A stretch of DNA of 64,000 nt. Origin: Dicyema japonicum (lineage: Eukaryota; Animalia; Dicyemida). Below, in pieces: positions 52,714 through 63,304 of this stretch. Position numbers and translations under genes: made by a program. The stretch is taken from positions 642,273-706,272 of the forward strand of contig RDEW01000022.1 of NCBI GenBank assembly GCA_011109175.1, written 5' to 3'. Under the pieces are notes generated by a model. That model was not told where the DNA came from. It worked only from the letters and a program-made list of their open reading frames with translations, and ran no database searches. Every line of letters starts with the position of its first letter. Within the stretch, counting starts at the first letter, position 1.

Positions 52714-55401
52714 ATGAGACAAAATAAAAGGAAACATTCAAAACTCAGCTATAATGACTTTATAATCGATGAAGCAGGTATAAATGTAAACTCTCACAAT
52801 CAGAAGTCGACGATGAAGAAGAAGCCGAGGACAGCTACCACTATTCCGACGAAGAGGTCATTGACTACGATGAAGAAGATAAAACCAATTTTTCACGACC
52901 AAACCTATTCTCTACAAGATTTGAGGATATTTACTCGTATTTCTTCTAATTGACAATAGTGATTCCAAAAGACGAGAAATCGAGGACTACTACGAGAGAC
53001 TATACAGCAAACAAACTCGTACCGAGGAAACTGACGAAATTTCAGGAGAAATTTCCCGCCAAAAACTCCTCCAAGTGTAAAGTGAGGATTTAGTGTAAAC
53101 CGCAGAGACCCCAATCTTTGGTTGGTTAAATGTCGAATTGGTGAAGAGAGGACTACTGCCCTCCAATTAATGCGTAAATTCATAGCTATGCAGGACACTG
53201 ACAACGTATTTGTTCTCAATTCCTATTTAGAGTCTTATGATAAAGTCAGTGATTACTCGGGATTCTCTTAAGGGCTATATTTACATTGAGGCATACAAGC
53301 AAGCTCACACTAAGCAGGCTATCGATGGTGTTGGGAGTCTTAGAACAGCAAAGACTGCCCAAATGGTCCCTGTGAGGGAGATGACAGATGTCCTTAAAAC
53401 AATTAGGGACACTGAGTTGAAACCAGGCACGTGGGTTAGAGTCCGTTCTGGGTTATACAAGGATGACCTGGCCAAGGTATTGTTTGGTTTCATTCAGGTG
53501 GCCGAAGTTCGCCATGCTGAAAACCAAGTATCCTATATTTGGTCCCCCGAATTGATATGGGGAGAATATCTGAGAACAAACGGCGGTATAATAGTACAGA
53601 AACCAAAAAGAGACCACAACAGGCACGGTTTTCTGTGGATGTCATTCGGTTACTCTTCCTCCTTACATTAGAGAGTTGGGGGGAACTGTGGGCAGGAGTG
53701 AGGACTACTACATTTACCAAAACTCTCGTTTTACAAAGTCAGGGTTCCTTCTTAAAGTATTTCAAATAAATGCAATTGTATGGGGTTTATTTATTGTTAG
53801 ATATCTGGAGGAGTAACCCCACTCCCAGAGGAACTATCTCGCTTTGATCAGTCTGGTAGTTGTATGTGGACATTTCAGAAAACACAGTAACGTCAGAGTC
53901 TAACATATTTGTGGAAGGAGACTTGGTGGTTGCCATAAAAGGGGATCTTTATGGACTGGAAGGTAAAGTTCGTTCTGTGGATGACCAGACTGTAACCATG
54001 GAGACATCACATAATACTTTGAATGTATATATTATGGGTTGTTTGTAGGGAAGGACTATACAAGTCCATTGCAGTGAGTTGAGTAAGTTGATAAAAGTGG
54101 GAGATTCAGTGAGAGTGGTGAGAGGAGAGTATGAGGGGGACACTGGGATAGTGTTATTTGTTGATGGGAGAAAGGTGTACATTCTCTCAGACTCTACTCA
54201 ACAGGAGGTTGTTTAATTAATGATTACTTTAGTTTGAGACAACACTGAATTATGTTAGATTGGGTACTGATGGTAGTGGGACTGTAAATATTCTTGGAAT
54301 GTTTAAGATTGGTCAATTAGTACAAATAGAGTGAGAGTATTTATATATGGTAGACCACAGGTAGTGGGAGTTATTATAAGACTGGAGCGACATAACTTGG
54401 TTATTCTCAATCAATTTGGGAAGGTTTATCATATAATGATTGTAGACTATCAAGAAGAATCACAGTTCTCTAAGTAATAAGAAGGTTGGACATAATTCTG
54501 TCACATTGGACTGTGATAATCAACCTGTCTCTATCAATAGCTCTGTTAAGGTGGTTAAAGGTCCATTAGAGGTTGTATTAATATTTATTTTTAGAATGAG
54601 TCGGGGACTGTATTGTATATTTATAAGAACTTTGTATTTATAAAATCTGCCAATTTAATGCACAATGCTGGTACTTTTGTGGTGGTGGGACGAAATTTAA
54701 TGAGACTTGGAGTGGATAATGACTCCAGGAGACAAATTGCTGAGGGAAAATTTGGAATGAGTTCACCGCTCCCAATGGCCTCCCCCATGCAGTACGCCAA
54801 GACACCTAAAAGACAATCAATGAATGCTCAGAGGGGAGTGAGGGATAGGAGGATCATTGGAAATGCTGTTATGATAACTAAGGGACCACTTAAAGGTATT
54901 ACTACTTGTAAATTAAGGGAATATTGGAATCATTAAGGATGCCACAGACACAACAGCACAGGTTGAACTACACTGTCACTCCAGAACTGTCAATTTTGAT
55001 AGAGCAAACTTGTCGGCTGTTAGGTTTTACGAAAATGTTATTTAGACCTGGGAAAGACAACTCTTATGAGTTTTCAACCAATGAAGCCAAGTCTCTGGCA
55101 GTTAATCCTCGTCCGGTTGAACAAAAGCCAGGATCTGCCACTCCTAAAGGATCAAGAACCCCCGCATACCCACAAACACCAATGATTGAGGGAGATGGGG
55201 GATTGACTCCACATATAAATCCATTCAGTGAAGACTTGCATTCGTAAATATTGTTATTATTTGTAGTGTACCTGATTATGGAAGGATTAATTGGCAATCT
55301 CCATTGGATACTCCTTGTTTATATTTTTATTATTCTTAGCTAATTTGTATGATTCGCCAATGTACTCTGTTGGGTCTTCTAAGATTAACCAAGATGACTA
55401 A
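52714..55401 (+). CDS. SUPT5H: transcription elongation factor SPT5, 17 micro-introns, two frameshifts
   Basis: [66 protein letters not shown] repeats and GSRTPAY. A possible extra 5' exon starts at 52652. Confidence 0.95.
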
Positions 55402-55676
55402 TATTTCTTGTTATTTTAGTTCTTTATTATTAAGTGTAATTGAATCTTATGCTTTATGATACCCTCGTACCTTAGCTTTATGTCTCACAAATAAAAATCA
55501 ATATCACCTCGGATGCAAAGTCAATCACTCTACATTCTTAAATTTTTATATAAAATTATCGAAATATTATAAACCAAATTTAAAAAAAATAATAATTTGT
55601 GGTAATTTAATTGACATTTTTGCGATTGTTCTACTTATATTCAAAAGTCCATTAAATTTATTATTTTCTAACGGGA

Positions 55677-56341
55677 ATGTCAAAGAAGGACACAAAGATA
55701 ACTTCACACCGACTGGTTCTGCTAGGGAACACAGCTGTGGGTAAGTCAAGCATAGTTCTCCGCTTTGTCAATGGAATATTCCACGAATTCAACGAACCCA
55801 CAATTGGGGGTAAATTAGGATAAACAAATTAGCCGCCTTTTTGACACAAAACGTGACTGTTGATGGGGTCACTATTAAATTTGAAATTTGGGATACGGCC
55901 GGTCAGGAACGGTACCACTCACTGACCCCAATGTACTACAGGGGGACTCAGGCCGCAGTGGTCGTCTATGATCTCACAAGCGAGGACACATTCCACAAGG
56001 CCAAGAATTGGGTGGCCGAACTGCGATCAATGACTGGGGGAAATGTGGTTATCGCCTTGGTTGGAAATAAGGCTGATTTGGCTTTGGAGGGGAGAAATGT
56101 TGAATATGAGGTTATATTGGGGGTTAATGGTTAGATGGCTGAGGAATACTCAAAGTCTGAGGGACTTTTGTTCTTTGAGTCGTCAGCCAAGACATCAAAG
56201 AACATAAATGAGATCTTTATAGAGATTGGTTAACTTGTGATTATTTTAGCTAAAAAACTGTCAAAGGAGAAAGTACAAATGACTCCCAAGAAAGAAGGAT
56301 TAAAACTCAACTCGGAATCTTCTAATAATAAGTGCTGCTAA
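55677..56341 (+). CDS. RAB5: Rab5-family GTPase, 3 introns of 23, 24 and 21 nt
   Basis: [45 protein letters not shown] and C-terminal CC. Confidence 0.95.
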
Positions 56342-56589
56342 TTTATTATGAAATGTTATTTTTATAATTATTTTCTTTAATAATATTTTAACTTATTTTT
56401 GCCTTACAGGATCTGTTCGTCGTTAACTTAGTTTTCTCCACGAGCAAGTGGTCTCAAACAATAAAACAGGATGATTTTGTTTATTTCTTGGAAATATATG
56501 ATCAGTTCGACTTCGAGTTTCCAAATATATACAGAGATTATGGAATCACAGTTTTGTGGTTATATTCCATTTATTAATAGGATGATTAA

Positions 56590-56895
56590 GTGGTTAGGTG
56601 TCGGGCTAAAAGTGACTTAGGTTACGGGTTCGATTCTCGCTGCTGTTCACCTGGTGGAAGGTTCCACGCATCTAGATGCTAAAAAGGTTTGACGAGTGAC
56701 TCCGTCATCAGTGGACTCACTGCGGAACTGGATAGTCAAAAAGGACCCACACACAAGAAAAAGAAAATAGAAGTGAAGATCATTCCTTGGTTCTACGATT
56801 AGTTAAAATTAACTGTTCTTTACTTAAATAAAGTGCGTGTCCTGCCTATGCGGAGCTAATACCACGGCTCCGTGAAAAGGCTGTTAAAAATAATG
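56590..56895 (+). mobile_element. most complete tRNA-derived SINE copy, with target-site duplication
   Basis: A and B boxes; flanked on both sides by GGATGATTAAG (56580-56590 and 56896-56906). Confidence 0.9.
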
Positions 56896-57149
56896 GGATG
56901 ATTAAGACTATCTGTGGATTTTCAGTTTAAACTATCTAAGCCACGTGACATTACTATTTTGTAATTTTAAATTCTCGGAGGGACTACAGCAGACTTTAAC
57001 CGACAATGAACGATTGAGGGAAGATTGGGTCTCCGCATGAGAATTTGAGTGAACAAAAACTCAGAACAATCGAATTTACTATGCGAGTGTGTTTGACATA
57101 CAAATTAATGGGGCAAGTTCTGTTTATTTAATTATTTTTATTATTTATT

Positions 57150-60100
57150 TAATAACCCCGAAAAGGGAACACCAAGAAAGAAGGAGTAATCCAACTAATT
57201 AAGTGATCCCGGTACGCCTCAACAGGATCGAGAGGTTTTTCCTGTGTTCCTCCAGAGTACCCACGGCTTTCCTGAATAAACGACGATCATCTTTCATTAG
57301 GTTTGAAGAGGAGTGGGTTTTTCCCCAAATTTCGTGTATTTGAAGCCTTCTGCCTTGAATGGAAGAAACGACTTGTTTCTTGGCCACACAGACAGATGAA
57401 GCCGGAGCCATTATTTTTGATTGCGGCGTGGTCAAGCATTGGAGGGAAAAGATCGGGGGTAGATTTGTTTGACGTGCTAGTTTTCCAATTAGGGTATTGA
57501 TCTTGAGTGAATTTGATATCGAAGCTCCATAGGCCCATGAGGCACAGGCGTACTCAATCGTCGGTTTTAGGAGTTGATTGAACACGACGAGGCGCATTCC
57601 TGTGAAGGTTTGGACTTCAAGAGCGGTTTGATTATATTAAGTTTCCTGAGACCCTTTGTCATAACGTTCTTCACATGTTGAGAAAATGACATCAAAGGGT
57701 CAAATGTCACTCCCAGGATAGTTGGACGAGTCTGTAGTGGTAAGGAGTCTCCAAAATGTTCAAATCAAGTGTATGTTTTTCTTTTCTGTCCGTGGTGAAG
57801 ATTGTATATGTTGATTTGTCCCTGGATACGGAGAGACGATTCAACTTCAACCAGGCTCCCAGGTCGTCAATATGTGACTGAAGCTCTGATTTTGCTGTAC
57901 CCACGTATTTGTTCCTGCTAGCGATGATTAGGTCGTCAGCATAAGTGAGAAGCATTGAATCTGGTCCTCCAGGGCAGGGTAAATCGTTGAGGAACAAGTT
58001 GAATAATGCCGGAGAGAGGGGCGATCCTTGAGGGACGCCATTTGGTAGGAGACGGGACCTCGATCTTGCGTGGCCTATACAGACACGTCCTCTTCTTCCG
58101 GAGAGAAAATTGGCTATCCATCTTTTCAAATCCGTCTGAATGGTGGTGTCAAAAACCTTCTTCGTGAGTAATGTTCTCGAGACAGAATCGAACGCCTTCT
58201 GGAAATCCAGGGAAACCACTATTGTCCGTAGATGGCGTTTCGGTACGTTGAACCCTTCTGATATAAATTGAGACAGTGAAGTCAAATGTGTCGTAGTTGA
58301 ACGCTCACATTTGAAACCATGTTGAAAGTGGCAGTCGGGGAAATGGGGTTTAATTTTCCAGAGTACGAGTTTCTCCATTAGGCGCGATAATGCGCACGTT
58401 AATGAAATTGGACGGTAGGAAGAAGGTAAGGTTTTCGGTTTTCCTGGTTTTAGGATTGGTATTATAAGTGAGTTCTTCCATTTGCATGGGATGACGTTCA
58501 TGTTAGAAGACAAATTAAAAATTGACGTAATCGAATTGATTGCAACATTACCAAGGTGTTTTAGCAAAATTCCTGGAATGCCGTCAGGACCACACGTATT
58601 AGATCTCTTCATTGATCTTATAGCTTGTGTGACCTCGGCATGAGTAAATAATTGATCCACGAAGTTGGTTTAGGCATTAAATTCCGAAGTGACAAGAATG
58701 GGATTTCGAGAAGTCCTTGTGACTTATGGATGCGTAATATTTCATTAGGTTGTTAGCTTGCACAGTATTTGGAGCAGAAAAAGATTCTGATTCATCTGAT
58801 AAGTTTAGCTTGATTCGACGAATAGTTTTCCATAAAAGACTCGTGGATTTCATATGTCCAATAGATGATAATAGGCGGTTCCACGCCCTATCTTTCTTTT
58901 CTCTGATATGTTTTGTAATTCTCTGATTTAAACATTTTATATTTTCCAAATCAGAAGAGGTTTGCAGATGATTCATCTTCACGGAGTTTCTTTGTTTGAC
59001 GAGGAGATGAGTCTCCGAGTTCAGAGTAGGCCTGTAGGATTTGTAAACTGCACGTGGTACAAACAACTTTTCAGCTTGAAGGATTACATGGTTTAGATGG
59101 TCCACTGCTTTATCGATGAAGCAAAATGAGGTGGGATCAAAATTTATTAGGTTATGGTCAATGAAGAGTTTGAAATTTGACCAGTCAGCTTTCTTGTATA
59201 CCTTGGAGATTGCTTTAATTCTACATGAGTTATTGAATCGGCTCAGTTTTATTATAATCGTATTATAATCACTTTGAAAATTGTAGGAGATGTTCCATGA
59301 AATCTTCGAGGCAATCCTAGAGGAAGCAATAGATATGTCTGGGGAGGTTGGGTTGTCATTTCTTCTGACTGGTGTCCTTGTGAAGATGTTCGGGTGATTC
59401 AGAATCACTATTTTTCGAGAGAGTCGATAATTAGACTCCCCCTCTTGTCTGCCGACTGGATACTGAACCATTGCGGATGTTTGGCGTTGAAATCCCCACA
59501 TAGTAACACATTTCGAATTTCTTGTAGTTTGTCGAGCTTCGGAACATAGTTATTAGGACAGGATCCCGGCGGTGGAATGTAAATGTTGATTAGAAAAAGA
59601 TGTTCTGACCCATTAATAAGATCAATAGAAATTTGTTCCGCGGTCCTGTCGTGTAGAAATAAATCATCCACCTGCAGCTCACATCGTGGAAGGATAAACC
59701 GTTTTTATAATGGTGAGTAAGCCGCCACTACGTCCATACGGTCTTTTCTGATAGAGATGTATCCAGGAAAAAGTGGGGTTTTACTCTTTGTAGAAAGTTT
59801 TGACTTTTGGATAAGGCAGATGTCAATCTAGTGGATCGTTAATAAACATTGTAACTCCAGAATCTTTGTTTTTATTGCGCTAGCATTGAGTTGCATAATA
59901 ACAAGGGGTTTTGGTCCAGGGTTTTGTTCATTATCTCCAGAAAGCAATAGAATCCAGAGGAACAAACAACATATCGAGTTTCCAGTTGAGGTATACCATC
60001 CAGGCATAAGGAGTCTAAATGAGGAAGAGCAAATGGTTCTTTTTGGTGTATTATTACACTGAGCGCCACCACAAAAGGTGAACCACATGACGCCACGAGA

Positions 60101-60830
60101 AAATTTGTAGTTTTTCTGCACTTTCCTCGAGTGGTTTGCGTCATCAATAGTATGGGTTTCACAGTGGGTTGTACAACCGGACTCTGTATCCACATCAAAC
60201 CCTTTACGGGTTTTTCTTGATTTTGTGCAGTGATGTATTTGCTAAAGTCGTCTCGAATAGTTTTGAGGAGGTTCCCTTCATTCTCACATTCAGATTCGTA
60301 TCTGTTATAAGTTTTCCTAGTCAGTCTGACTGTGCAACTGTATAGGAAACCCTCCATGAATTGTAACATTTTCTATCTATTGACTGTGTCAAAAAACTTT
60401 CGAAATGTCAATCACAGGAATAGTCATTGTCACTTTAAAATTTTGGGAAACTTTGGACCGTTGTGGCCTCCACTTTTAGTTTCACTAAACATCCGAGGTG
60501 GATCTTGTACTTGACTCCCCATTCTCTGTATGATAATATTGACGACATTTTTCTGTTTGTTCATCAGAATAACTGGTTTGAAGTTTTCTACCTTAGACTT
60601 TTGTCTGTGAACGTATCTATGTGCTCTCTCAGCAATAGGGTTTTGTCGGTTCTGTACATTCCGTTAAGATGAGTGATGTCTTCATACAGTTTTTGAGTTC
60701 CATATTTGAAGAATTCGCCAATGAGACAGTTTGGACCAGAGTTTTTGTTAATTTTTTCAATTTTGAGCTTGCTACATGTATTTCTTCTGGGGTTGTTACT
60801 TCTTAAAGTCTTCCCGCTTCTGGAAGAGTC
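57150..60830 (-). mobile_element. near full-length APE-RT LINE with upstream ORF and 2A-like peptide
   Basis: Upstream ORF 59872-60369; LLLSGDNEQNPGP; APE motifs GDFNAKH and SPDISI; RT motifs GPDGI, YRPISL, QHGF, LDFQKAFD, GVPQGS and YADD; A-rich tail; several frameshifts. Confidence 0.95.
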
Positions 60831-60849
60831 CCAATGTTGTCATTTGATT

Positions 60850-63090
60850 TTATTTATTTAAGAACCCCAAGATCACCAGAAAGACGTTGATTGAGTGATC
60901 CCACCTTCAATTAATTCCCAGACCTTCTTTGCGTGGTCTTCCAATGTCACGGTAGAGCTTCTGCGAATGCATACAAAGGAACTCGATTGGATCGTCCTTC
61001 TTTGGGACCGAGCAATCGCCTAATGAGTTTCCTGGAAACTGCGAACACGATAGAGTGGAAAGGGGGTTGTAATCGTGGTGGATGCAAATATGTAGTTCTC
61101 CGTCTGATTGAATATAGTTTATTCAGTTTAATGTGGGACAGACATATTAAATTGTTGGAATGATGATCTACCACAGACACCGTAAGAGAATTAACAAATC
61201 ATGTACCCTGTGATAGAGTCAAATGCCTTTAATGACCACAGAGTAAGGCTGTTCGAATATGGGTTTTTTGATGTGTTTAAACCGTCAATGATAAATTGTG
61301 AGATCCATGATCATGTAAGGGAGACTAGGTGGTCCTAAGCAGGGTCATTTTTTGGCTTTCCTGTTTCAGAATAGATGTTATCAAGGAATTCTTTCAGATG
61401 TTTGTGAGAATGTATGTGTTGATGGAGTAATTGTACAAATTCTTTAATGCAGCCTTATCTCGAGGTCTAATAAGGTAGATTCGATATTATCCAATCAGGA
61501 CCACATGAAAGGTTGCCCCTAGTGAAGGAATCGCCCACCTCAATTCTAGGTGAAAAAGGTAATTGTGGGTGTGGTTTTGGATAGAAGTAATCCATCAGTG
61601 CAAAACGATTAAGTCCTTGTGACTTTTAGAAACGTAGTGTTTTGTTAGTTTGTTATCATGATTGTGGATAGATTGGTGGGGGACTGGGCGATCCTCCACT
61701 GCCATTCTCATTGATGATACTATTAATACTACTTAACGTTTTCCAAAAAGTTGCACATGGTTTTTATGACATAGTCGTCCAACGAGGTTCCGTTGTGTCT
61801 ATGTTAACTATAATTAGTTACGAAATTCTGGGATTGAAAGGACGTATAGACGATACAGATTCATTCGGGTTTTCTTTAAGTATCATGTTATCGCCTTCAG
61901 GGAGAAGACACAGCTTGAGAGATATCCTACTGATAATGTTGAAAGTACTCCACTGAATCCAATCATACTGTCTTTTCGTAGAACAGAGAATACAAGGAAT
62001 CTGAGAATGGGGACTGATTAGAGAGCTTTGACTCCTGAACCATCGCATTGAGGTCTGCAATCAAAACACGCAGCTCCATAATTTGCTATTGACCCCGTTG
62101 AAATTAAGGTGGAAAATAATTAGGGTAGAACCAGGGTTTAGTTATACATCACCAGACGCCAAGACGATAAGAACGGATATAATGAAGCCAACCCGTAGAG
62201 GTAATCGGCAAGGTCGGGGGTATAATGGTTCTTTTCCAAGTTGAAAACGTGAGCCACATGAACGCCACGCTAATTTATTACCCAGAAATCACGAGAAAGG
62301 GATGAGTTATGTCTAATCCTGTATCCATACCAGTCCTTTTCCTGCGGTTAGTTTTGGAGTCCTGGATTAATCTCCACGACAGGGAAGGTTTCTTCTCGTA
62401 TCTCAAGCAGGCGTCCATATGGTAAGGGGATTTTGCTGCGTTCCTTAAGGTATTCTATAATTGGAGGACGTGTTCTCCGTAGTGACGAAGTGGACGTCAT
62501 TTTCGACGATCTCAATAGTATTCTGAGACATCGACTTTGTAAAACTTTCAGCTTGCTCTGTGCCGATAGTGATGTACAATCCATGAAGCACAGGCGTACT
62601 CGATACTCATAAGAACAAATTGTTTGTATAGAAGCTCTAACGATAAGCGGGAAAATGTTGGGGAGTGCTTAAAAGCCTTGAGAATTCCAATTTTCTTTTG
62701 GATCATTGCGGTTACCATTTTGATGAGTGAATAAGGAGAGGATCCTAGATGACTCCAAGGATTCAAAGGCTCTTCTTGATGGGGATCTGGGCATCAGATT
62801 TAACATCTCTTGCATGACCTGTGTCGCCTCCTCGACTCTTCGTTGATTCATCCGCATACGATCAAAGAATTGAATTTTTGAAGGTTGGGGATGGAAGGTC
62901 ACTGAGACCAGCACGGTTCTCTCGTGTGGATTTGGGGTATTCAGGCCGTCCGAGATGAATTGTACCAGTTTTGTTAAATGAATTGTTGGGTGTCCTTCGG
63001 TGAATCCGTGTACCAAATCCATCTTCCAATACTCCATTAAAGACTTCAGTTTCAGATGAGTAGGTCCTTCCATGACCTTAGATGAAAATT
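60850..63090 (-). mobile_element. two further decayed LINE copies
   Basis: SGDV*LNPGS, IHLTKLVQFISDGLN and SIEYACASW; conserved 3' termini at ~60860 and ~62276. Confidence 0.75.
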
Positions 63091-63095
63091 CCATC

Positions 63096-63160
63096 TTTCG
63101 GATTCGAACCCACGACCTTCAGATCCGATGTAATCAGACGTTACGGTCAGCCAGAAGGCG
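63096..63160 (-). pseudogene. degenerate tRNA-like fragment resembling tRNA-Arg (pseudo-tRNA or SINE head)
   Basis: cgtctgattacatcggatctgaaggtcgtgggttcgaatcc has a T-arm/B-box and a tRNA-Arg-like anticodon arm, but no acceptor stem. Confidence 0.5.
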
Positions 63161-63304
63161 TAATTGATTCACGCGGCATTATACAAAAACATTAGACACC
63201 ACTGTAAAATTTATTTACTTTGATGAGACGAGGAATTATAATATAAAAAATAAATAATTAAAATAAATAAATGATTAAATTAAATAGATAATAAATATTG
63301 ATTT

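Noticed and set aside
5310-56341. Stop-codon reassignment explaining the broken ORFs
   Set aside because: In-frame stops fall inside removable micro-introns or after frameshifts, and genes end normally in TAA, TAG and TGA.
57199-59830. LINE frameshifts as extra support for C-insertion editing
   Set aside because: Several fit a missing C but equally a missing A or T. The copy is decayed, and a retrotransposed copy should already carry any edited bases.
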